Positions 1-8,947 of a stretch of 32,000 nt of DNA are shown here, in pieces (position 1 is the stretch's first letter; every line of letters starts with the position of its first letter). The notes below the pieces were generated by a model. The model saw only the letters and a program-made list of their open reading frames with translations, was not told the DNA's origin and made no database searches. The position numbers were made by a program, and so were the translations under genes. The stretch comes from Nitrosopumilus maritimus SCM1 (GTDB lineage Archaea > Thermoproteota > Nitrososphaeria > Nitrososphaerales > Nitrosopumilaceae), in NCBI RefSeq assembly GCF_000018465.1, contig NC_010085.1:840001-872000 (forward strand), given 5' to 3'.

Positions 1-535
1 TTCCAGCTGGATATAGTTTCAGATTATCATATTGTTTTACTTTGCCATTAGTGACTTTGCCCAAAATCACGGTTCCAACTCCCTTCACGTCAAAGCAATG
101 ATCAATCACCATTTCAGAAGAACCATCAGATGAAATAGGTTCAAGTTTGTCCATTTCTTCTTTGATTTTATCCTGATCAACTTTGGTATATTTTTCAACA
201 ACAGTACCCTTGATCATTGCATCTAGTTTTGATTCATCTACATCAAAGGTATGAGATAATATTCCGTTTTCTTTTTTGAGAGAATCAAGTGCAATGATTT
301 GCTCTCCTGTGAATTTATCTAATTTATCGACATAAAGTATCACGTATTCTGCAAGATTGATTGCCTGAAACAAAGGCTGTATTTTATCAGGAAATCCACT
401 GGGTGCAACCCATGTTTTGATAATGTCAGATTCCTTTCTATCATAAAGAGTCAGATCAGTTTCAGTTCCTTTTTTACCAAATTCAGATGCAATGTCTTGT
501 TTACCTAAAACAACAAAGTTAACGGATTTTACCAC
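1..535 (-). CDS. Partial (3' end outside window) elongation-factor-like protein, possibly archaeal SelB-like family with a degenerate G domain
   Basis: Reverse-strand reading from GTG at 535 is open to the window edge: VVKSVNFVVLGKQDIASEFGKKGTETDLTLYDRKESDIIKTWVAPSGFPDKIQPLFQAINLAEYVILYVDKLDKFTGEQIIALDS...FDVKGVGTVILGKVTNGKVKQYDNLKLYPAG. The end resembles EF-Tu/SelB domain 2 (GVGTVxxGxVxxGxxKxxDxLxxxP). Absent from the supplied ORF track. Confidence 0.6.
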   Translation of the reverse strand, partial: MVKSVNFVVLGKQDIASEFGKKGTETDLTLYDRKESDIIKTWVAPSGFPDKIQPLFQAINLAEYVILYVDKLDKFTGEQIIALDSLKKENGILSHTFDVDESKLDAMIKGTVVEKYTKVDQDKIKEEMDKLEPISSDGSSEMVIDHCFDVKGVGTVILGKVTNGKVKQYDNLKLYPAG

Positions 536-579
536 AAGAAAATTCTAGAATTAGGCACTAAAAACTATACGAAATGGTT

Positions 580-1332
580 CTACGGAAATGTGTTTAGTAC
601 AGCAGCATAACTTGCAAATCTATGGTTTTTTGGTTTGACTAGTTTCTGATGATATTTTTTGATAGGTTTTCCAATTGCACCATTTAGACCTAAGGGTCCC
701 AAAACATACTTTTTGTCATCAGCCCAACTTAGAACCTCATCAGAAGGAGCATAATGATTTAGGATTTTTTTATTGACAACAGTTTGGAGTAGCTTACCAT
801 ACTTTTTTGAAGACGGAACATCTTCAGTTATAGAGGCTCCAAAGAAATAGACACTTTCTAGGATTCCAGAATTTTGTTTCTTTTTAGCAAGATATTCAAT
901 TGTACTGAGAATCACTTGAGAACCTAGAGAGTGTCCCATTAATCGTATCTTTGTTTTTGGACTAGATTCTTTAAAATCCTCAATGAATTTTCCGAGATTC
1001 CGTCCGTTCTTTTTTGCAATACTTTGTCCTACAGCTAAAGCATGTTTTGCATGTTTGATTAAATGAGCACCAGTGGTGTTTGAATCATAACTAAATCCAA
1101 TTACTGGATGAGAATATCCTAATTTTCTCAATCGATTACGTGCCAAAACTGCTTTTGCAATAGCACCAGCATTGTCATTTCTTAGACCATGAATCATAAT
1201 GGTTAACTCTTTAGAATCAATTAATTTTTGAAAATCTTTTTTTGGATAAAGGTAATAGTTGTTCCGCTTTAGGGTTTTACCAGTTTTTAGATCATAGTAC
1301 CCTCGAGTGGAAATTCTTGGGACAGGTTTCAT
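580..1332 (-). CDS. Alpha/beta-hydrolase-like protein (lipase-type nucleophile elbow GHSLGS)
   Basis: 250 aa ORF with IMIHGLRN near the N-terminus and IRLMGHSLGSQVI (GxSxG). Confidence 0.65.
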   Translation of the reverse strand: MKPVPRISTRGYYDLKTGKTLKRNNYYLYPKKDFQKLIDSKELTIMIHGLRNDNAGAIAKAVLARNRLRKLGYSHPVIGFSYDSNTTGAHLIKHAKHALAVGQSIAKKNGRNLGKFIEDFKESSPKTKIRLMGHSLGSQVILSTIEYLAKKKQNSGILESVYFFGASITEDVPSSKKYGKLLQTVVNKKILNHYAPSDEVLSWADDKKYVLGPLGLNGAIGKPIKKYHQKLVKPKNHRFASYAAVLNTFP

Positions 1333-1333
1333 T

Positions 1334-2989
1334 TTATTCTGAAGGTCCTAATTGTTTTTTGTATTTTTCAATGTCTGCATCTTCAACTCTTGCAAATAAT
1401 GGAGATGCATCACCAAGTGTATGGCCTGAAGATACGCCTAAAACAGACATGTCATTCCAGTTTTGGTCATTTATTTTGCCATCTAGTGCAAGTTGAGTCC
1501 ATATGTTTTGTGCAGATTTTGGAATAAATGGGAATGTTGCAATTGCCAAACTTCTAACAGCATTTACTGAGAGATACACGCAACTTGCAGTACCTGGTCC
1601 TTTCTTCCAAGGTTCTTTGTGCTGAAAATACTGATTAAAGTAAGATGAAAACTCCATAATCTTCTTTAATGCCCTATCAAGATGATTTTGCTCCATTAGA
1701 GAGCCAACTTCAGATGCAAGAGATTTGATTTTTTGTTCTGCTTCAGAATCTTTTTCATCAAAATCTTCAGGGTCTGGAATATTTCCATCAAATGCTTTTT
1801 TTGTGAATCCTAATGCACGATTAATAAAATTTCCAAGATTTCCAATTAATTCTGAATTAATTCTAGTTGTAAAATCATCCCAGTCAAAATTCAAGTCATC
1901 TTGGGAATAAGGATTGATAGATACCAGATAAAATCTCAAATAGTCTGCAGGATAGTATTCTAGGAATTCTTTGAGGCCAATATACCAATTTCTGCTTTTT
2001 GAGATTTTTTTTGCTTGAAGTGTTAGATGCCCTCTTGTTGGAATGTAATCAGGTAGTTTGTATTCACTTTCAATTCCCAATCTCATTGCAGGTAAAAACA
2101 GATAGTGATGATATACAATGTCTTTTCCAATAAAGTGGTAAATGTCAGCAGAGTTCCAAAATTCTTTTCCATCAATACCTTTGTCATTTAAGAATTTTAG
2201 AGCAGTTGAAATGTATGCCAAGTGATTATCAAACCAACCATAGAATACCTTATCTTTGGCATCATCAAGAGGTACAGGAACTCCCCAAGTAATGTCCCTA
2301 GTAATGTCCCAATCAATTAAACCCGATTTTATCCAATTTTGTACGTATTTTTTTACATCTTTTTGAAGATGATCATTTTCATCTAGCCATTTAGAAAGTG
2401 GTTCTCCAAAATTTTTGAGTTTGAAGAAATAGTGTGTTGTTTTTTCTTTTGTTGGAGGTTGGCCACATAGAGAACATTTTGGATTTGTGATCTCTTCAGG
2501 AACTCTACCACAACTCTCACAAAGATCAGAATATTGATCTTCGGCTTTACAGTAAGGACAAGTGCCTTTGACATATCTGTCAGGTAGGAATTTTTTGTCA
2601 TTGTTGCAATAGAATTGAATTATCTCTTGCTCGTATATGTGACCAGCATCATTGAGTTTTTTGAAAACATCTTGAACAAATTGGATATTTTCATCAGAGC
2701 TAGTCTTGTAGAAATAATCAAAATCAATATCAAATGCACTAAAATCCTCATAATCACGTTTATTCCAATGAGCAACATATTCTGCAGGAGTTTTTCCTTC
2801 TTTTTCAGATTGAATCAAGATAGGAGTTCCAAAATCATCTGATGCGCATACATAGTATGCCTCTACGCCGTTTTGTTTTAGAAATCTAGTTGTTACATCT
2901 GCAGGCAGATAGGTAGATGCAACATGACCTAGGTGAATCTCACCATTTGCATAAGGTAATGCACTAGTAATGATAGCTTTTTTGTTCAT
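1334..2989 (-). CDS. metG: Methionyl-tRNA synthetase
   Basis: ITSALPYANGEIHLGHVASTYLPADV, paired CxxC zinc knuckles, KISKSRNW (KMSKS-like). Confidence 0.96.
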   Translation of the reverse strand: MNKKAIITSALPYANGEIHLGHVASTYLPADVTTRFLKQNGVEAYYVCASDDFGTPILIQSEKEGKTPAEYVAHWNKRDYEDFSAFDIDFDYFYKTSSDENIQFVQDVFKKLNDAGHIYEQEIIQFYCNNDKKFLPDRYVKGTCPYCKAEDQYSDLCESCGRVPEEITNPKCSLCGQPPTKEKTTHYFFKLKNFGEPLSKWLDENDHLQKDVKKYVQNWIKSGLIDWDITRDITWGVPVPLDDAKDKVFYGWFDNHLAYISTALKFLNDKGIDGKEFWNSADIYHFIGKDIVYHHYLFLPAMRLGIESEYKLPDYIPTRGHLTLQAKKISKSRNWYIGLKEFLEYYPADYLRFYLVSINPYSQDDLNFDWDDFTTRINSELIGNLGNFINRALGFTKKAFDGNIPDPEDFDEKDSEAEQKIKSLASEVGSLMEQNHLDRALKKIMEFSSYFNQYFQHKEPWKKGPGTASCVYLSVNAVRSLAIATFPFIPKSAQNIWTQLALDGKINDQNWNDMSVLGVSSGHTLGDASPLFARVEDADIEKYKKQLGPSE

Positions 2990-3026
2990 TAGATAATCTC
3001 AAAGGCAGTATTAGGGTTAAGAAGTT

Positions 3027-4268
3027 TTACCAGCTGTTTGCGTATTTTACTTGCTCTGGAGTAAGTTTGTCAATCTTTACATCCATTGCCTTTAGTGCAT
3101 CAACTGCAACTTGAGTATCAATCTCTTCAGGTACATTGATGATTTTGTTTTCCATCTTTTTGTGGTTCTTGAGAATATACATGACAGATAGTATTTGATT
3201 TGAAAATGATTGAGCCATTACTTCTGGGGGGTGACCTTCTGCTGCAACCAAGTTTGCAAGACGTCCTTGACCAATTAGATAGACCTTCTTTCCATTTTTG
3301 AGTACACATTCATCAAGTGCAGGTCTTACTTCTTTGACTGATTTTGATTTCTTTAGCAAAAATTCACTGTCAATTTCAACATCAAAGTGACCAACATTTC
3401 CCATGATTGCACCGTCTTTCATCTTTAGAATGTGTTCTTTTCTAATTACACTAGTCATTCCAGTACAAGTGATAAAGATGTCACCTAGCTTTGTTGCTTG
3501 TGCCATTGGCATTACTTCAAAGCCATCCATGTGAGCTTCAAGAGCTTTTACAGGATCAATTTCAGTTACAATTACTTTGGAACCCATTCCATGGCATCTT
3601 GCTGCAACACCACGTCCAACCCAACCATAACCTACAACTACAACACGTTTTGATGCCATAAGCAAATTCATTGCACGAAGATATCCATCTATTGTGCTTT
3701 GACCAGTACCGTATCTGTTATCAAACATGTGTTTTGTATATGCTTCATTTACCAAGATTACAGGATATCGTAATTTTCCCTGATTCTCAACTGCTCTAAT
3801 TCTAGTTACACCGGCTGTTGTCTCTTCAGTGGCACCCAAAATTTTCATGTTCTTGAATCGCTTATCAAAGTGAGCTTTGACATTCATGTCTGCACCATCA
3901 TCAGTGAGAATTGTTGGTTTGTGTTTTAGGACTTGATCAATACACCAATCATATTCTTTTACAGATTGGCCATGCCATGCATAAACATGAATTCCTTGTG
4001 ATGCCAAAAATGCTGCAATGTTATCTTGGGTAGTTAATGGATTTCCACCACAACATGCGACAGTTGCTCCAAGTTCTTTTGCACCCATTAGCAAGACAGA
4101 TGTCTCTTTTGTAATATGGAGACAGAATCCAAGGGTAACTCCTTTGAGAGGTTTTGATTTTTTTAATCGATTAATGGTATTATCTAAAATTTGCATATGA
4201 GATCTTGCCCATTCATAGGACAGTTTTCCTTCTTTGATCAGTTTTGCACTAGACTTTACTTTGCTCAC
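3027..4268 (-). CDS. ahcY: Adenosylhomocysteinase
   Basis: 413 aa: VVVVGYGWVGRGVAARCHGMGSKVIVTEIDP, ILTDDGADMN, NVGHFDVEID, YILKNH. Confidence 0.96.
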   Translation of the reverse strand: MSKVKSSAKLIKEGKLSYEWARSHMQILDNTINRLKKSKPLKGVTLGFCLHITKETSVLLMGAKELGATVACCGGNPLTTQDNIAAFLASQGIHVYAWHGQSVKEYDWCIDQVLKHKPTILTDDGADMNVKAHFDKRFKNMKILGATEETTAGVTRIRAVENQGKLRYPVILVNEAYTKHMFDNRYGTGQSTIDGYLRAMNLLMASKRVVVVGYGWVGRGVAARCHGMGSKVIVTEIDPVKALEAHMDGFEVMPMAQATKLGDIFITCTGMTSVIRKEHILKMKDGAIMGNVGHFDVEIDSEFLLKKSKSVKEVRPALDECVLKNGKKVYLIGQGRLANLVAAEGHPPEVMAQSFSNQILSVMYILKNHKKMENKIINVPEEIDTQVAVDALKAMDVKIDKLTPEQVKYANSW

Positions 4269-4341
4269 AAAAAAACCCCCGTTCCCAGATATAAAATCCT
4301 ATCATGCGAATGTAAATAAATGACAAAATTAACAAAAACCC

Positions 4342-4644
4342 ATGGCTTGGAAGAAGATTGCAGAGAAAGGAGACATTGATGCAGGCAAAGGCAAGGCCTT
4401 TGAAATCGATGGGAAACAGATTGCAATTTTTAATCAAGATGGATATCATGCAATAGATGATCTCTGTGTTCATCAAGACGGTTCAATTGCACCAGGTAAA
4501 CTTGATGGAGATATTGTAGAGTGCCCATTACACTTTTGGCATTATAACATCAAAACAGGAGAATTAACAGATTATCTCAAAGATGTAAAATTAGAAACTT
4601 ATCCTGTAGAAGCAAGAGATGACGGCATCTACGTAGATGTTTAG
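4342..4644 (+). CDS. Rieske-type [2Fe-2S] ferredoxin
   Basis: 100 aa with CVHQDG and CPLHFWHYN (CxH...CxxH), NirD/Rieske ferredoxin-like. Confidence 0.9.
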   Translation: MAWKKIAEKGDIDAGKGKAFEIDGKQIAIFNQDGYHAIDDLCVHQDGSIAPGKLDGDIVECPLHFWHYNIKTGELTDYLKDVKLETYPVEARDDGIYVDV

Positions 4645-4690
4645 AAATTTTTAGGCACAATTTTTATTCTCAGTTTTTGCAAATCATTCA

Positions 4691-5488
4691 TTGAATCAAG
4701 AGATTATCGATGAGATAAAAAATCAAGATTATTCTTCCATTACAAGTACAATTGAAAATTTTCTAGAAGAACAGATGGAAAAAAACCATGCCGAAGGTCT
4801 CATACTAGGATTAAGTGGAGGTATTGATTCTGCAGTACTAGCATACATTTGCAAAAGAAAATTTGCAAATAAAACAACAGCACTAATCATGCCAGATACT
4901 GCCATTACACCAAAAACTGAAACAGACGATGCACTAAAGATGATATCATTAACAGGAATACAATACAAGTTACTTGACATCAATCCAATAGTTAACGAAT
5001 ACTCCATGTATTTGGAACCAAATGAAAGAGCAAAAGGGAATCTTCGTGCAAGAGTTAGAACAAATATTTTGTACTATTATGCAAATGCCAAAAACTATCT
5101 AGTGTTAGGATCAAGTGACAAAAGTGAGTATCTTATTGGATATTTTACAAAATTTGGTGACGGTGCATCAGACATTACACCAATTGTTTCATTATACAAA
5201 CTCCAAGTAAGAGAGATTGCAAAGTATTTGGGCGTTCCAGAGAATGTGATTTTAAAGAAGAGCAGCCCTCATTTGTGGAAAGATCATGAAGCTGAAAATG
5301 AACTTGGAATTTCATATGAAGAAGTAGATTCCATTTTGTATTGTTTGTTTGAGAAAAAACTCTCAACTGAGGACACTCAAAAAACAACAGGAATAGAAAT
5401 GTCCACAATAGAAAAAATTCAAGAACTAAACAAAAACAGTGAACATAAAAGATTGCCAGCACAAAAACCAGATAGAGATTCGAGATGA
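4691..5488 (+). CDS. nadE: NAD+ synthase
   Basis: GLSGGIDSAVLAYIC, LIMPD, GSSDKSEYLIGYFTKFGDGASDITPI. TTG start. Confidence 0.95.
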   Translation: MNQEIIDEIKNQDYSSITSTIENFLEEQMEKNHAEGLILGLSGGIDSAVLAYICKRKFANKTTALIMPDTAITPKTETDDALKMISLTGIQYKLLDINPIVNEYSMYLEPNERAKGNLRARVRTNILYYYANAKNYLVLGSSDKSEYLIGYFTKFGDGASDITPIVSLYKLQVREIAKYLGVPENVILKKSSPHLWKDHEAENELGISYEEVDSILYCLFEKKLSTEDTQKTTGIEMSTIEKIQELNKNSEHKRLPAQKPDRDSR

Positions 5489-6873
5489 AACTACAAGACA
5501 CATTATCAAATGCTGAGCAAGAATTAGACACATCAAAAAAAGTCAAAATTTACCTTTGCGGAGTAACAGTATATGATGAATCCCATATTGGTCATGCAAG
5601 AACAATCATAGTCTTTGATGTACTACGAAGATACCTAGAAGACAAGGGAATAGAGATAGAATTTATTCAAAATTTTACTGATGTAGATGACAAGATAATC
5701 AATAGAGCACAAGCAGAAAACACCAGTGCTGAAGCAATTAGTACAAAATACATTGAAAATTATTTCAAAGATTTTGATGGGCTAAATGTCAAACATGCTA
5801 CAAACTATCCAAAGGCAACAGAGCACATAGAAGATATCATCAAATTCATTGAAAAATTAATTGAGAAAGAGATTGCATATGTCTCAAAGAATGGTGTGTA
5901 CTTTGCAGTCTCAAAATTTCCAGAATATGGAAAGTTATCAAAAAAGAAGATTGATGAATTAGAATCAGGAGCAAGAATCGAAGTTGATGAGGCAAAAAAT
6001 AATCCGCTAGACTTTGCAGTATGGAAATTTTCAGATGTTGAACCTTTATGGGACAGCCCATGGGGAAAGGGAAGACCGGGATGGCACATTGAATGTTCTG
6101 CAATGAGTACAAAGTATCTTGGAGAGAATTTTGACATTCATGGGGGAGGAAGAGATTTGATATTTCCCCATCATGAAAACGAGATTGCCCAATCTGAATC
6201 ATTTACAGGTAATCAATTTGCAAAAATCTGGATGCATGTAGGAATGGTTACGATTGATGGAGAGAAAATGTCAAAGTCAATTGGAAACATAAAATCAATC
6301 AAACATGTTTTAGAGAATTGGGGGCCAAACATCATCAGATTGTTTTGCTTGTCTGGACACTATTCAAAACCAATTGATTATTCTGAAGAACTACTAAAGG
6401 AAAACCTAACTAAATGGAGACAAGCTGAAACTTGCTACTATGAGTTGATTCACGCAAATAGTGAAAATAGTGAGAAGGTAGGCTCTATAGTTGAAAAACT
6501 AGGCTCGGAATTTGATAAAGCATTAGAAGATGATGTAAACACTCACCTGGCATTATCTGCATTTTTCCAACTAGTCAAAGAAGCAAACAGATTGGCTGCT
6601 GAAGAAAAGTTGGGAAAAGAAGATGCCAAAATTATCAAAACAGAATTTCTAAGAATGTTAAAAATTTTAGGACTAAATATTCCAGAGATGACTGAAGGAA
6701 TGAAACAAGAAATCGACACAATGATTGAGAATAGAGAAAAATTCAGACAAGAAAAACAATTCCAAGAAGCAGATCAGATTCGAGATAAGCTCAATGAGAT
6801 GAATATCGAGTTGATTGATCATAAAGGAAAAACAATCTGGATGAAAAAAGAAAACATCAAAGCTGAAAAATAA
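5485..6873 (+). CDS. cysS: Cysteinyl-tRNA synthetase
   Basis: YLCGVTVYDESHIGHARTIIVFDVLRRYL, GRPGWHIECSAMS, KMSKS. Overlaps nadE by 4 nt (ATGA). Confidence 0.97.
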   Translation: MKLQDTLSNAEQELDTSKKVKIYLCGVTVYDESHIGHARTIIVFDVLRRYLEDKGIEIEFIQNFTDVDDKIINRAQAENTSAEAISTKYIENYFKDFDGLNVKHATNYPKATEHIEDIIKFIEKLIEKEIAYVSKNGVYFAVSKFPEYGKLSKKKIDELESGARIEVDEAKNNPLDFAVWKFSDVEPLWDSPWGKGRPGWHIECSAMSTKYLGENFDIHGGGRDLIFPHHENEIAQSESFTGNQFAKIWMHVGMVTIDGEKMSKSIGNIKSIKHVLENWGPNIIRLFCLSGHYSKPIDYSEELLKENLTKWRQAETCYYELIHANSENSEKVGSIVEKLGSEFDKALEDDVNTHLALSAFFQLVKEANRLAAEEKLGKEDAKIIKTEFLRMLKILGLNIPEMTEGMKQEIDTMIENREKFRQEKQFQEADQIRDKLNEMNIELIDHKGKTIWMKKENIKAEK

Positions 6874-6885
6874 AAAAGAAAAGAA

Positions 6886-7200
6886 TTAAGGGTTAACCAT
6901 TGTTAATTTTGCCTCAATTCTGTCATAGTATCCATTTTGGTCCATAGCAGGAACATAAAATGTTGCAGAAACTACATCTCCAACACCTGCACCACAATCT
7001 GCTACAACAACAGAGTGACCTAAAACAGACTCACCAACACAGCCATAATCAGTAACAGCAATGACCGATACATCTTCAGTAACTAGTGTTGGAACTATAT
7101 TCCAAGGAGTTAATGTGAAAACTAGTATTACTGAAGTTGCTGCAGCCAAAATTACCATGAACTTTAGCCGAGGTGTTTTTGTTTGTGTGGTTTGTTGCAT
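6886..7200 (-). CDS. Hypothetical membrane-anchored or secreted protein
   Basis: 104 aa with one hydrophobic N-terminal segment (FMVILAAATSVILVFTLTPW). TTGGCACTAG motif and TATA-like element upstream. Confidence 0.7.
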   Translation of the reverse strand: MQQTTQTKTPRLKFMVILAAATSVILVFTLTPWNIVPTLVTEDVSVIAVTDYGCVGESVLGHSVVVADCGAGVGDVVSATFYVPAMDQNGYYDRIEAKLTMVNP

Positions 7201-7227
7201 TTCTCCTCAATAGAAATTACATTTTAC

Positions 7228-7266
7228 AAAATATAACCAAGAGGAAACTTTTTGCTCTAGTGCCAA
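7228..7266 (-). promoter_or_regulatory. TTGGCACTAG motif plus TATA-like element for 6886..7200
   Basis: Minus strand: TTGGCACTAG-AGCAAAAAG-TTTCCTCTTG-GTTATATTTT; motif at 7266..7257, TATA-like element 29 nt from motif start. Confidence 0.6.
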
Positions 7267-7270
7267 TTAT

Positions 7271-7600
7271 TCAAATTTTACAATCACAACCTTTCTTTTT
7301 TAAAATTTGAATTTGTCTTGATGGAGAGTCAACAAAAGTATCCTGTTTAGAATTACCAGTTGCTTTTCTCTTATCCAGTGGGCTCTGGTGAGAATACCCC
7401 CTACGAGTCATCTCAGAAACCAATTCTTCATGCCTAGAATAGAGAGCTTTTAGTTTTCCTTTCCAACGTACAGTCTCAGGATGCAAGGAATATCCCTTCT
7501 TACCCTCAGTGATTACTGCCCACATGGCATGAAGTTCCCTATGTTCACCTAGCAAATGGTTTCTGCATAATTTCTTTGGAGGGATATCCCAGATTCTCAT
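7271..7600 (-). CDS. T4 endonuclease V-like pyrimidine dimer DNA glycosylase family protein
   Basis: MRIWDIPPKKLCRNHLLGEHRELHAMWAVI...HPETVRWKGKLKALYSRHEELVSEMTRRGY resembles the DenV / Pyr_excise pattern (QHLMAEYRELPRVF...[21 protein letters not shown]), recalled from family knowledge. Confidence 0.75.
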   Translation of the reverse strand: MRIWDIPPKKLCRNHLLGEHRELHAMWAVITEGKKGYSLHPETVRWKGKLKALYSRHEELVSEMTRRGYSHQSPLDKRKATGNSKQDTFVDSPSRQIQILKKKGCDCKI

Positions 7601-7676
7601 TTTCTTTTTTCTCCAAACAATTCTAAATCAGTTAAAGATAAAACCAAAAATCTTTGCATAAAGAAAAAAAGATTTT

Positions 7677-7715
7677 TCAATATTTAAAAAAAATAAAATT
7701 TTGAACTAGTGCTAA
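7677..7715 (-). promoter_or_regulatory. TTAGCACTAG motif plus TATA-like element for the glycosylase-like gene 7271..7600
   Basis: Minus strand: TTAGCACTAG-TTCAAAATT-TTATTTTTTT-TAAATATTG. Confidence 0.6.
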
Positions 7716-7834
7716 AAAAAATAAAAAAAGCTTTAGCTAATTTTAAAAAAAATACGCACAAAAAAATTAGTTTAGTCTAATTAGGATCATCTAATTTTCA
7801 CGGGGTTTAATAGAATTGAAAACTAAATCAATCT

Positions 7835-8116
7835 ATGAATGCATGGAATAAATTTTGGAAATGGTATGAAAATAAAATACTTGGAAGTATAATTGTAATT
7901 GCAGTTATTCAATTTATTCAAGTTCCTCACATGGTATGGAATGCAGACCTAATGTTAGAAGCAGGGCTTGTTTCAAGAGTCCATCCAGTAATTGATTGGT
8001 TCTTGTATGGAGTAGACTTGATCGAGATTGTTTCAATTGTTAATGTTGGAATGATCATGTACAGCCTTCTCAAGAAAAGACAATCACAAAAAAGACTTGC
8101 TGCAAAAGCAGCATAA
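7835..8116 (+). CDS. Small membrane protein, hypothetical
   Basis: 93 aa with hydrophobic segments IIVIAVIQFIQV and LIEIVSIVNVGMIMYSLL. Confidence 0.65.
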   Translation: MNAWNKFWKWYENKILGSIIVIAVIQFIQVPHMVWNADLMLEAGLVSRVHPVIDWFLYGVDLIEIVSIVNVGMIMYSLLKKRQSQKRLAAKAA

Positions 8117-8947
8117 CTATTCTTTTCCTTGCCAGATAACTCTTTGAGGAAATGGGATTTCTATTCCAGCCTCATCTAAAGCATTTTTTGCAATTTTGAG
8201 TAATTTTGGTTGAACTTCTCCCCAGTCTTCACGAGGATGCCAAACCAAGATTTCAATATTTACACTGCTGTCACCTAATTCACTAATACGAAATTCAGGA
8301 GCAGGTTCAACTAATACAAAAGGCATTGATTTTGCGATAGCCTTCTGAAGAACCAGAATTGCACCATCAATGTCTTCTTTGTATGCAATCCCCACTATTC
8401 CTTGGGAACGTCTTACAGGAGAAGAGGTAAGAGAGCGAAGGTTAGAGGTAAAGAATTTTTCATTAGGGATACGAATGATGGTCCCATCAAACTGTCTAAC
8501 ACGAACAGAGAATGTGCTGATATCTATCAAAGTACCAGAAATATTTTCAGCAGGAATTTCAACAGAATCTCCTTGTCTAACAGGTTTTTCAATCATCAAG
8601 AAAATTCCAGATATTAAATTAGAAACTACAGATTGTGTTGCAAATCCTATTACAACTCCAAATATACCTCCAGCTACAAGCATTCCAGAGAAATCAACAC
8701 CAGTAGTAGATACAAAAATTAGAAACGCAATAACGATTATTCCAAAATAAATTAATTTTCCAATATTGTTTGCACTGTCTTTAGAAAGCTTTGGAGCATA
8801 GTATTTTTTAAAAAAGAGTCTAACAGTTCTTGCAATAATCACACCGACAGCCATGATTATTCCACCAATCAAAAGACTAAGCAAGCTAAGAGTTTCAGTT
8901 ATCTCAATTTGGTTAAGTGAATCAAAAAACTCCATCAAATTAATCAA
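8117..8947 (-). CDS. mscS: MscS-family small-conductance mechanosensitive channel
   Basis: 276 aa with TM helices, then ...VIGFATQSVVSNLISGIFLMIEKPVRQGDSVEI...VRVRQFDGTIIRIPNEKFFTSNLRSLT. Confidence 0.93.
   Translation of the reverse strand: MINLMEFFDSLNQIEITETLSLLSLLIGGIIMAVGVIIARTVRLFFKKYYAPKLSKDSANNIGKLIYFGIIVIAFLIFVSTTGVDFSGMLVAGGIFGVVIGFATQSVVSNLISGIFLMIEKPVRQGDSVEIPAENISGTLIDISTFSVRVRQFDGTIIRIPNEKFFTSNLRSLTSSPVRRSQGIVGIAYKEDIDGAILVLQKAIAKSMPFVLVEPAPEFRISELGDSSVNIEILVWHPREDWGEVQPKLLKIAKNALDEAGIEIPFPQRVIWQGKE

Noticed and set aside
551-561. TTAGGCACTA resembling the TTAGCACTAG motif
   Set aside because: Has an extra G, no downstream TATA-like element at 29 nt, and no correctly oriented gene start nearby.
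1242-3309. Antisense or alternate-frame ORFs such as 1242..1496, 1725..1910, 2383..2601, 2615..2842, 3127..3309
   Set aside because: They overlap strongly supported metG, ahcY or hydrolase genes, with low-complexity mirrored translations and no domain signal.
4654-4664. TTAGGCACAA resembling the motif between ferredoxin and nadE
   Set aside because: Multiple mismatches, no TATA geometry, and only about 30 nt from the nadE start.
5805-6202. Overlapping minus-strand ORFs inside cysS (5805..6137 and 5846..6202)
   Set aside because: Complementary-frame artefacts of a clearly coding cysS.
8370-8750. Plus-strand ORF of 126 aa antisense to mscS
   Set aside because: Antisense shadow of a well-supported mscS; no recognisable domain.
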